This document shows positions 8,960-17,287 of a DNA stretch of 64,000 nucleotides, piece by piece; position 1 is the stretch's first letter, and the number at the start of each line of letters is the position of its first letter. Origin of the DNA: Candidatus Nomurabacteria bacterium (lineage in GTDB: Bacteria; Patescibacteriota; Saccharimonadia; Saccharimonadales; HK-STAS-PATE-42); the NCBI GenBank assembly GCA_023898665.1, contig CP060233.1, positions 210,801 through 274,800 of the forward strand, given 5' to 3'. The position numbers and the translations under genes were made by a program. A model generated the notes under the pieces. It was not told where the DNA came from, ran no database searches, and saw nothing but the letters and a program-made list of their open reading frames with translations.

Positions 8960-9240
8960 TACCAAATATCCTCCGTTGAATTCTGTCGTAGCAGACCGAT
9001 ATTATCAACGGAGGATATTTGGTCTGCTACGACTTTCTTGTTTTGTTCTTGGCTTCCGTATCTGGTGTCATTTTCGCCAAGAGAATGACCGTATTTTTTG
9101 CGGTATTTTATATCTACTATAAGCTCCAGAAATTTAAATAGCGTCTGGGCTTCGGTAGAGAAGTTATTTACTGAGCTGTTATTTTTCTTTATTAGTGAAG
9201 GTATGGAGCCACACCTTCTAGTATTGGTTGAGTTGGACAT
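8959..9240 (-). CDS. small hypothetical protein translationally coupled to the recombinase (possible directionality or regulatory factor)
   Basis: Its TAA stop overlaps the recombinase ATG (TAATG). Basic and Ser/Asn-rich. Start uncertain (ATG at 9240 or 9282). Confidence 0.4.
   Translation of the reverse strand: MSNSTNTRRCGSIPSLIKKNNSSVNNFSTEAQTLFKFLELIVDIKYRKKYGHSLGENDTRYGSQEQNKKVVADQISSVDNIGLLRQNSTEDIW
8962..9033 (-). promoter_or_regulatory. interleaved perfect inverted repeats (18 bp and 13 bp) covering the recombinase RBS
   Basis: 8962-8979 is the exact reverse complement of 9005-9022, and 8985-8997 is the exact reverse complement of 9021-9033. The GGAGG RBS lies inside the 18-mer. Confidence 0.6.
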
Positions 9241-9508
9241 TATGGATGACCTTCTGGAGTTTAAGCTCCAATTAAGTCGCATGTAAGCCCGTTTTAAAAC
9301 AACCGAGTCCGTCTCTCGTTCTACTTACAATCCCATATTCTCCAACCGATTCTGCTAAGGCGGTACGTTCTGTTCCGCACAGAATAAAAGATTACGAATG
9401 ATTAATATTGATTAGGTACATGCTATCCCTTTGGGAATGACACTCTAACACTTCATTCGGTGTTAATACTTTTCATTATGCAAAGCACAGCCTTTACTGT
9501 CAATCTTT

Positions 9509-10015
9509 TTATTGCTGATCAACAGGACCGTAGACTACCTGGCCACTAATGGCTAGGTTATGGAGAGTGATGTTGTCATCAGTACCACTTACTGAGCAGA
9601 CAAATAGAACGTTTTCTTTAGTTTCTTTATTCTGACCAATCCACTGGAAGTCATAGATGGTATCTCCATTGGAGGCTTTAGTGCCACTATCATTGAATTG
9701 AGGATCATAGGCAGTGACTTTGATAATGCTAATCTTATTTAGATCAATGTACTTCCCTAGAAGTGCTGCATCTTGGCAGTATTTCTCAGCAGCATCTTGA
9801 GATACTGTATTCTCTACTTTAGCCGGAGTAGTGGAATTATCTTGTGTGCTTGCTTGGCTGGATGAAGTTTTGGAAGACTTATCGTCGGAGTCTTTCTTGC
9901 CCCCACTGATAGCGCTTGCTACTATGAATATGATGATAGCTATAACGATAAACCCTAGTACAGGATGTTCTTTCCTGCCATCTGGCTGTTTTAGCCCTTT
10001 ATCTCTCTTTTTCAT
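9509..10015 (-). CDS. membrane-anchored or secreted hypothetical protein
   Basis: N-terminal TM helix, Ser/Thr/Asp-rich linker, and a C-terminal globular domain. AAGGAGG RBS 6 nt upstream. Confidence 0.55.
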   Translation of the reverse strand: MKKRDKGLKQPDGRKEHPVLGFIVIAIIIFIVASAISGGKKDSDDKSSKTSSSQASTQDNSTTPAKVENTVSQDAAEKYCQDAALLGKYIDLNKISIIKVTAYDPQFNDSGTKASNGDTIYDFQWIGQNKETKENVLFVCSVSGTDDNITLHNLAISGQVVYGPVDQQ

Positions 10016-10391
10016 ATAACCTCCTTGGTTATTAATTGTTGGTTAATTCTAGGAGGCTATTCTTAGATAACAAAAAGGACAGCCACGCTAGTTGTCTAAA
10101 CCCACAACAGGGTTGAACCCAATTGCTTTTTTACGTAGCTGCCCATTAGCAGGTTCAACTTCGCTTTAAAAGCGTTCTTTTCTGTTGCAGATTTAGACTC
10201 CTTGGATTATACCATTGGCATACGGGTTAATTCAGCTCAATTAGTATCTACTTATTTTACTTTTTTTCCATACGCGAAAATAGTCCCACTCACCGCGCTT
10301 GGCGTTTAACGGGGAAAGGGTACATAGGGACCCCCCCTTTTTTTTCTTCTCTTAAGTTAGTGTTTTTGGAACAGTGCTAAACTCAACAAGC

Positions 10392-10832
10392 CTATTTGAA
10401 GTTTATATTAATCTCTAGAGGAATACTCGTTAGTAGCTTGTCCTTCTCGCCCTTTTTCTTTAAGTACAACTTAAACTTGTAGACTCCTTCTGTAGTCACT
10501 CCTATGGTGTCAAACTTAATCCTGGACCTCATACGATTGTGCTGAGGTTCGAATCTGATTTTTGCTTCAACTTTCCCTATTTGTTTGCTGGATGGGTCAA
10601 TTATATCTACATAATAATCGTGAGTCTCTATTCTTCCTTTTTTATCTCTGTAAAACATCGAGACTATTTCAAAGGGTACATTAAATAGGTTAGTTTTGCC
10701 TTTTTGAAAGTTTACTTCTGCTTCCGGTATGTCGAAGTTTAAGTTTTCAAGGGCGTCAATAATAGTGATAGAGTTTGTGTCAGAATCTATCTTGCTCTCT
10801 TTGCATATAATAGTCCAAATGTGTTCAATCAT
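10392..10832 (-). CDS. hypothetical protein, third gene of the toxin-antitoxin operon
   Basis: Its ATG overlaps the antitoxin stop (TAATG). Beta-rich 146-aa protein; no family recognised. Confidence 0.6.
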   Translation of the reverse strand: MIEHIWTIICKESKIDSDTNSITIIDALENLNFDIPEAEVNFQKGKTNLFNVPFEIVSMFYRDKKGRIETHDYYVDIIDPSSKQIGKVEAKIRFEPQHNRMRSRIKFDTIGVTTEGVYKFKLYLKKKGEKDKLLTSIPLEININFK

Positions 10833-11251
10833 TACTGTGTTCCTCCTTTTAATTCTATGTTCGTGGACATGAGTGTAGTGGGCACTAACTCTGCCTTTAT
10901 TGATTTAAAGGTGCTGTTAGCCCAAGTATGCAATGCGTTTACTGTAGATGTAGCAAAGCTTTGAGATGGAAAGAACCTTATCTCGATGCTATGGTCGAGT
11001 ACGTCTGCGAGTTCGACGAGCTTTTTGAGGTTGTAACTCTCATATCCAGGGCTCTCCCACCTGGCAATCGATGGGTGACTTGTTTTTAGGATTTTTGCCA
11101 ATTGTCTTTGAGACAGACCCTTACTGCGCCTGAGTTTTGCTATATCTAAGGATAGATTGAAGAAGATTTCGTAACTAGCCCGTCTCTTTTTTGATTCCGG
11201 GTCACGTTTGTCTACCTCTTTTATTATGTCGCGTATTTCTTTGCTAAGCAT
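10832..11251 (-). CDS. XRE-family HTH antitoxin (HigA-like)
   Basis: HTH motif LSQRQLAKILKTSHPSIARWE. Overlaps the upstream toxin gene by 8 nt. Confidence 0.8.
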   Translation of the reverse strand: MLSKEIRDIIKEVDKRDPESKKRRASYEIFFNLSLDIAKLRRSKGLSQRQLAKILKTSHPSIARWESPGYESYNLKKLVELADVLDHSIEIRFFPSQSFATSTVNALHTWANSTFKSIKAELVPTTLMSTNIELKGGTQ

Positions 11252-11600
11252 AGTGTACCTCCTTCATGTGATATATGGCTTTTTCAATTTCCCGTTTGGG
11301 CATTTGTTGAGTTTTTTTTACAAATCCGTTTAATAGATATATTTTGCCCTTTATCATCGTGAAGAATACTCTAGCTATAGTATTCTTGTGTATTATTCTC
11401 ATACAATAGACCCCCTTGGCTATGTATTCTGTAAAGCCAGATTTCCCCCAGTTGAACCTGTACTGGAGTTTCTCTAAACCTTTGAGAACCTTATCCCTCA
11501 GCTCAACTGAGACCCCCTCGAACTGAGCTAAAGCCTCCGTGAAGGGGGCCTTACTTGAGCTTGTGCAGTGGTGGACCTCTACCTTGAATGTTTGGTTCAT
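11244..11600 (-). CDS. type II toxin, RelE/ParE superfamily (HigB / phage Gp49-like)
   Basis: C-terminal pattern GVYCMRIIHKNTIARVFFTMIKGKIYLLNGFVKKTQQMPKREIEKA is typical of the Gp49/DUF891 family. Confidence 0.8.
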   Translation of the reverse strand: MNQTFKVEVHHCTSSSKAPFTEALAQFEGVSVELRDKVLKGLEKLQYRFNWGKSGFTEYIAKGVYCMRIIHKNTIARVFFTMIKGKIYLLNGFVKKTQQMPKREIEKAIYHMKEVHYA

Positions 11601-11893
11601 GACTATAATGTTATCAAAAAAGATACCTAGTGTAAATAGATTGTAGTGGATTAAGCTCGATAACTGAGATCGGTAGTCTCGAATAGGTTACCTCTCTCGG
11701 TGTCTTCTTGGAGCTTGTTATAATTTGTTTAACATTGTATAATTAAGTTTAAGTTAACCAAATCCAGAGGATCTAAATAATAAACCATGAGACAAAAGCA
11801 ATAAAAGTCTGAGATAATCCCTTCGTAAGTAAGGGAATATTTTAGCAACCAAAATTTAAGTAAATTTAATGTTTTGGAGCATTGCTTTTAAAT

Positions 11894-13390
11894 ATGTTTG
11901 TTATTGATATAGATAATCTGGATTTCTCTTTTGAATCCAGCGAAGATAAATTGTTTGAGGAACTCGATCTCAACCTAAACAGTGGTGAGATTGTAGGGTT
12001 GGTAGGTCCTAATGGTAGCGGCAAAAGTACTCTAATGAAGCTCATTATTGGTGAGCTTAGTCCGAATGCTGGCCAGATTAGGCTAAAAACTCCTGGTTAT
12101 CTTCCTCAAGAAGTGGATTTAGGGAATTTAAATAAGAGCCTAAAAGATTTGTTTGAAGCGAGATTCGGTGCTGATGAGTGGCGTGGTGAACTAGCCTTGG
12201 ACATAAGTGGTCTAACAGCCCTAAATATAGATTCTGAACTGAAGTCTTTGAGTGGAGGTCAGAAGACTAGACTGGGGCTAGGTTTAATATTGGCGGGCGA
12301 AGACATTCCAGAATGTTTGTTATTGGATGAGCCAACCAATAACTTAGACTCTGAAGGGCTTGAATGGTTAAAAAGGGTTTTAGAAGATTACAGAGGTGGA
12401 GTCTTAATTGCCTCCCATGAGAGAGTCTTTTTGGATGATGTGGTTGAGAGTATAGTGGCTATTGAAGATAAGAAGCTGGCTAGCTACGGTGGAGGGTACT
12501 CTTCTTACAGAGAGCAACTTGAGGCTAAGCAGAAAGCTCAGGAGGACGAGTATTTAACTAGCCTAAGTGAGAAGAAAAAGCTGGAAAGTTATATAGGAAC
12601 CAACAAGCAAAGGGTTAATAAGGTATCTTCAGAAAAGTTTGATAAAACGAAGCATGAAGGTAAGATGGGCTTTAATACGAAGAGGTCATGGTCCGAGGCT
12701 GGGTTGGGCCGTAAGATTAAAGCGGCTCATTCTAAGCTGGATCAACTAGATGAAGTAGCAGAGCCAAATAAGGTTCCGGTATTGGATGTGAGGCTGGACG
12801 CAGTTATACCTCGATCAAAGATCGTCTTGAGGTTAAATGACTTGAATAAAAGTTTTGCTCAGAAGGGTGTAATTGCCGATTTTAGTCTCGAAGTGAGGGG
12901 TCCGGAAAGGCTGTTGGTAAGTGGTCAGAACGGATCGGGTAAGTCTACTTTGCTGAGTATTATAGTTGGTAAGCTAAGTGCTGACTCGGGTGATGTTGAG
13001 TTAGGTGAGGGCTTAACTTTTGGATATTTTAGTCAGGATGTGTACGGATTAGACCAATTTAAAACACCCTTGGAAGAGCTGAATAACCTGGAAAAAGATA
13101 AGGCTAGATGTTATCTGCTTTGCATAAAAGCTGGTCTATCTAAGCAGTCTGCCGATAAAAAAATTTCTGAGCTATCAAGGGGCCAGCAGGCTAAACTTGG
13201 TTTTGTGAAACTGATGCTCACACAGCCTGATGTTCTGGTTATAGATGAACCAACTAACCACCTAGATATGCAGACAAAAGAGGCCATTGAAAATGCTCTT
13301 AAGGATTTTGGAGGGGCTATAATATTGGCTAGTCACGATAAATATTTTGTAGAAAAACTTGCGATTTCTAGATTTATTAATTTGCAGTAG
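11894..13390 (+). CDS. ABC-F family ATPase (two ABC cassettes, no TM domain)
   Basis: GPNGSGKST / LSGGQ / LLLDEPTN and GQNGSGKST / LSRGQ / LVIDEPTN, separated by a Lys/Glu-rich linker. Confidence 0.9.
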   Translation: MFVIDIDNLDFSFESSEDKLFEELDLNLNSGEIVGLVGPNGSGKSTLMKLIIGELSPNAGQIRLKTPGYLPQEVDLGNLNKSLKDLFEARFGADEWRGELALDISGLTALNIDSELKSLSGGQKTRLGLGLILAGEDIPECLLLDEPTNNLDSEGLEWLKRVLEDYRGGVLIASHERVFLDDVVESIVAIEDKKLASYGGGYSSYREQLEAKQKAQEDEYLTSLSEKKKLESYIGTNKQRVNKVSSEKFDKTKHEGKMGFNTKRSWSEAGLGRKIKAAHSKLDQLDEVAEPNKVPVLDVRLDAVIPRSKIVLRLNDLNKSFAQKGVIADFSLEVRGPERLLVSGQNGSGKSTLLSIIVGKLSADSGDVELGEGLTFGYFSQDVYGLDQFKTPLEELNNLEKDKARCYLLCIKAGLSKQSADKKISELSRGQQAKLGFVKLMLTQPDVLVIDEPTNHLDMQTKEAIENALKDFGGAIILASHDKYFVEKLAISRFINLQ

Positions 13391-13445
13391 CGAGAAGCTT
13401 ATGCTTGCGCTTCGTTGCCGTTGGAATGGATAATACCTCGGTATA

Positions 13446-14540
13446 ATGACTGATGAAACTCGAACAGACAGTCCAGAAATTCACTTTTCACGCACTACTG
13501 AAGATGTATGCGGTGCCATGGGTGATATTGCTCGGAGGCTAACCTATCTAGGTGATTATCACGAAGAGACTGCAGGGCCTTTGCCGCCATCTATGCTTGC
13601 TGAGGAGATAGGAACTAATGTTAGATGGGTCTACCGGGCTGTTAAGGAATTTGGGATAGCACCTGAGCCACAGGTTATTGGTGGCATGACCATATCCTGC
13701 TACCCCTCTTTTACTCTACCTCTTTTGAGAGATGAGCTCGAGTGGAGGAGGGAGTGGCAATCTTTGCCTAGTTTACTTACTATAAGGCAGCTTGCCGAAG
13801 GTATAGGGCGATCTTGGGGGTGGACTAATAAGACATTAGGGGAACTTGAGATTAAGCATACTACCACTGAAATGAGATCAAGCCGAGAGTCAAAGATGTA
13901 CAGAAAAGGTGTCCTAAAGAGGCTCAGAGAGGTATCTATGCAGTTCGCTCTAGATGATGGGCTACCTAACACTGATCAGCTTGTTGCTGTCTCTGGTGAG
14001 GATAGAGAATGGGTTGTGAGAAGACTTGTTGAGGCAGGTATTGCTCCAGAGATTAGAAGGTCTGCTTTAACAGGCAAACTACTCGAACACTGGCCAACTG
14101 AGGCATATGGATTAATTGATATCGCTAAGGCCGAGAGGGCTCCTGAAGCTGAAGCTGGCTGGTCTACCGCAGAATCAATTCCTGGGCAGGTCGGGCGGTC
14201 CTATAACTGGTGTAAGGCTCGCCTTGGACCTTATGCTAAGCTGACAAAGGTGAGACAAGATGCACAAGGTGTAGATAGAGTCCATTATCCACAAAGTGTA
14301 GTAGAGGCTCTAAAAGCAGAACGAGACTCTATTGAAGAATACCCAGATGCTGGTGACTACTTGACTCCCTCTAAAATAGCTATAAAGATGGGGAAGTCGA
14401 AGTTATGGGTAAATAACCGTTTAGGTTCTGTTGGTCCTGGAGAGATGCGCAAGGATGGTAAAGGAAGGGTTAGACTTCACTATCCTCCAACTGTTACCCG
14501 CGAACTTGAAGCCTTGCCTCAGGACCCAAGGGTAGGATAG
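13446..14540 (+). CDS. hypothetical protein built of five HTH-like repeats of about 55 aa
   Basis: Internal repeats are visible by eye; the last two end in VHYPQSVVEALKAE and LHYPPTVTRELEAL. Confidence 0.6.
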   Translation: MTDETRTDSPEIHFSRTTEDVCGAMGDIARRLTYLGDYHEETAGPLPPSMLAEEIGTNVRWVYRAVKEFGIAPEPQVIGGMTISCYPSFTLPLLRDELEWRREWQSLPSLLTIRQLAEGIGRSWGWTNKTLGELEIKHTTTEMRSSRESKMYRKGVLKRLREVSMQFALDDGLPNTDQLVAVSGEDREWVVRRLVEAGIAPEIRRSALTGKLLEHWPTEAYGLIDIAKAERAPEAEAGWSTAESIPGQVGRSYNWCKARLGPYAKLTKVRQDAQGVDRVHYPQSVVEALKAERDSIEEYPDAGDYLTPSKIAIKMGKSKLWVNNRLGSVGPGEMRKDGKGRVRLHYPPTVTRELEALPQDPRVG

Positions 14541-14598
14541 AGCTATTAACAAAATAGTTCCAGACTTCCAACGTTACGGTCCGCCACTATAGACTTAC

Positions 14599-14622
14599 AT
14601 ACCACTTTTGTGGTATTATTTG
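14599..14622 (+). terminator. hairpin terminator after the repeat-protein gene
   Basis: ATACCAC-TTTT-GTGGTAT followed by T-rich sequence. Confidence 0.5.
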
Positions 14623-14627
14623 TTTAT

Positions 14628-15215
14628 ATGAAAGATCTGAAACCTGCTTCTGAGGTGTATGTTCCTGGGCAACCTATGGAGGCTGAAGGAACGTTTATTC
14701 AAGATGAAGATGTTTCACCTAAATATCAGATTTGGGGATATACTATTGGATACTTGTTAGATAGCGGGGGAAGAGCTTATCCGGAAGGCTGTAATACTGC
14801 TATCTTTAGAATTGCTCCCGGTGGTATGACTGAGCCTGTGGTTGTGACTAAGCCCGATGAAGTAGCGGTATTTGAAGTTGATTCTGTTAGTGGGAGTGGC
14901 AAGGCGGTAGTTGCTCGAGCTAATGGTGTTGTTGAAGAAATAGACTTTGATACAGACCGAGTAGAGATCAGGCCAGGAGATGCTTACTCCTATATTAATA
15001 CTGGTAATGAAGACTTGGTTCTTTATGATCTTGCAATCCCTGCTTTTAATGAGGGCGATGATATTGAAATAACTTCTTCTATCTGGCCTCTACCGGATGG
15101 GATAGAAAGCCCAAAAAATGGCTTCAGCTTATCTGTTGTAAGGTTTGGAGATGGTTCAATTAAGAGTATTGAATTGCCGAGTGAGTTTTGGGATGCTCTG
15201 TCAATATGTTATTAG
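14628..15215 (+). CDS. hypothetical protein, cupin-like beta-barrel
   Basis: Start at the ATG at 14628, after the terminator. Beta-rich pattern (FRIAPGG...VEIRPGDAYSYINTG) suggests a cupin fold. Confidence 0.5.
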   Translation: MKDLKPASEVYVPGQPMEAEGTFIQDEDVSPKYQIWGYTIGYLLDSGGRAYPEGCNTAIFRIAPGGMTEPVVVTKPDEVAVFEVDSVSGSGKAVVARANGVVEEIDFDTDRVEIRPGDAYSYINTGNEDLVLYDLAIPAFNEGDDIEITSSIWPLPDGIESPKNGFSLSVVRFGDGSIKSIELPSEFWDALSICY

Positions 15216-15259
15216 TATCTTCTAGTATTAAAGCGGCTTTAATAAAATAATCAAAGAAT

Positions 15260-16153
15260 ATGGAAACTAGAGAGGGGAGAGAATTAGTAAGGGAGTTGGT
15301 TGGCTCAGACGATGTGATACTGGCGACTGGAGATTTTCTAGATCGAGCTAGCAGAGAGCCTGGCTATAGGTCTGATCCTAACTATCTAGCTGCTTTGAAA
15401 ATTGCTGAGTATGCTCTTTTGGTAGATCCTATAGAGAAGGGTATTCAGAGTGTATTATTTTCACAATGGGATGGAATCTCCGATCTTATGGACAACCCTG
15501 GCTTAGCTGAGCAAATTAGATCAGTAGTTGGTGAGGATTTGTATGCTGCTATTTTTATAAACATTGACCCTGTGAGGTTAGGAGTTATGGAAGAGATATC
15601 TGAAAAAAGGTCTTTATTTATACCAGCGTATGAGAAAAGGTATAAAGCGATGGTCTGCCCTTTCTCAGGTAACTTGAGGGCGGCATCAATGAATGCTGTT
15701 AGTAGTGCATGTACCTCCGCTTGGGTAGCACTAAAAATACTGCAAAAGAGTGATGAAGGTCGGTTAATGACGAAGGAAGAACAATTAGAGACGGTACTGA
15801 GGTCTCCTGGGCTCTATATCGCCAGACAATCTACACACCTCAAAGATTTGCCTGTAGTTTCTAGTATGATTGAAAGGGTGTGTGAGTCAACATTAGATGA
15901 ATTTAGCTTATCAAAATACGTAAGTTATAACCCTGTACTCAAGAGAGTGGTACTTAATGCCGGTTTCGCAGAATGGGTTATGAATGCGGATTGGTCACCT
16001 CAGTTAATTAAAGAAAGATTATCTGGGCAAGTGGACGTTACCTTAGGTTGCCCGTTTACTTTTGTGGACAGAGAGTTGAGACTAGAGTTTTATAGAAAAA
16101 TGGTTAATTTACTCTACAATATAGGAGCTTGGCCAAAATTATCTGAATGGTAG
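15260..16153 (+). CDS. hypothetical protein
   Basis: 297-aa ORF with non-repetitive composition; no motif recognised. Confidence 0.55.
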   Translation: METREGRELVRELVGSDDVILATGDFLDRASREPGYRSDPNYLAALKIAEYALLVDPIEKGIQSVLFSQWDGISDLMDNPGLAEQIRSVVGEDLYAAIFINIDPVRLGVMEEISEKRSLFIPAYEKRYKAMVCPFSGNLRAASMNAVSSACTSAWVALKILQKSDEGRLMTKEEQLETVLRSPGLYIARQSTHLKDLPVVSSMIERVCESTLDEFSLSKYVSYNPVLKRVVLNAGFAEWVMNADWSPQLIKERLSGQVDVTLGCPFTFVDRELRLEFYRKMVNLLYNIGAWPKLSEW

Positions 16154-16233
16154 TCATCTTTTATTTACTTGCCCTTTCTTATCTTATAAATGTATACTTT
16201 TGGCTATATTAAGGATAAATTTATAGGATTTTT

Positions 16234-16821
16234 ATGAAAGAATTACAAAAAGCAGAAGTAAGTGTTGGGAAAATGCTAAGTGGGTTACCAAATATCTCTG
16301 AATCAGCAAGAGAATCAGTGGCAAAGGTCATGCCCCTATTGGCTTTAATTGGTGGTTTATTTCAATTGGCAGCGGCGTATTGGGTATATAAGTTAGCTCA
16401 CGTTGCAGAACAAGTTGATCAATTTATTAAATCTTATTCAGTTTTAACAGGTGGAGTATATGGTCTTTCTAGCACAGATAAGTTTTTGATCTATGTCGGG
16501 GCACTAGTCCTGTTAGTTGAGGCACTAGTTTTGCTAATGGCTTATAGTGGCTTGAAAGATAGAGAGAAAAGAGGGTGGGACATGCTCTTTTTGGCAGCAT
16601 TAATTAATGTTGGGTACTCAGTTGTTAGTCTATTTATTACTGGGAGAGGGTTCGGTAGTTTCTTGTTTGGCTTAGTAGGATCAGCTTTCGGATTCTGGTT
16701 GCTATTCCAAATCAAGTCTAAATACAGTGGTAAATCTTTAGAGACTTCTGATTTGACTAAGAAATTAGATAAAAAGTCTAACTCAAAATCTTCTGCTAAG
16801 AAGACTTCTTCAAAAAAGTAA
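16234..16821 (+). CDS. integral membrane protein with Lys/Ser-rich tail
   Basis: Four predicted TM helices; C-terminal KKSNSKSSAKKTSSKK. Confidence 0.6.
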   Translation: MKELQKAEVSVGKMLSGLPNISESARESVAKVMPLLALIGGLFQLAAAYWVYKLAHVAEQVDQFIKSYSVLTGGVYGLSSTDKFLIYVGALVLLVEALVLLMAYSGLKDREKRGWDMLFLAALINVGYSVVSLFITGRGFGSFLFGLVGSAFGFWLLFQIKSKYSGKSLETSDLTKKLDKKSNSKSSAKKTSSKK

Positions 16822-16851
16822 GATATTTTAACTAAAAAAGCTGTATTAAAC

Positions 16852-16860
16852 TGCTATAAT
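16852..16860 (+). promoter_or_regulatory. extended -10 promoter TGcTATAAT
   Basis: TGCTATAAT lies 44 nt upstream of the ATG at 16904. Confidence 0.4.
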
Positions 16861-16903
16861 TAAGCTTATATTTATAGACTCTTAAAGTTAAGAGGTTTTG
16901 CTA

Positions 16904-17272
16904 ATGGCTCCACAAGAAAAAAAGACTGTAAGAAGAACAAACTCTGACCTGTGGTTTTATAGCTTAAGTATCGCTAATGTATTTGTTTTCTTATTAAGCG
17001 CTGTAATAGTATTTTTTAGGACTAAAACATCTGAGGTAAAAGTTCCGATTAGATTAATTGCGGGTAATGAAGTAGTACAGGGTAGATGGTGGAATTCTTA
17101 TTTATTATTACTCATAACTCTAGGCTTATTAGTTATGGCGTTTGTTTACTCTGCTAGGCTAAGAAAGCTAGATCCTCTTTATAGAAATGGAGTTTTAATC
17201 TTAGGGATATGTTTCCAGATTCTGGCTTTTGCAGTTCTATTTAGAGTTGCTGGGTTAAGCAGCTTAATTTAA
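16904..17272 (+). CDS. small integral membrane protein
   Basis: ATG at 16904 follows an AGAGG RBS; three TM helices. Confidence 0.55.
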   Translation: MAPQEKKTVRRTNSDLWFYSLSIANVFVFLLSAVIVFFRTKTSEVKVPIRLIAGNEVVQGRWWNSYLLLLITLGLLVMAFVYSARLRKLDPLYRNGVLILGICFQILAFAVLFRVAGLSSLI

Positions 17273-17287
17273 AGGGAATTTAAAAAT

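Larger units (their letters stand above)
7412..11640. mobile_element. putative integrated element at tRNA-Asp; right boundary not determined
   Basis: The recombinase overlaps the tRNA 3' half. A run of minus-strand orphan genes plus a toxin-antitoxin operon lies opposite in orientation to the flanking core genes. No distal att repeat was found. Confidence 0.4.
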
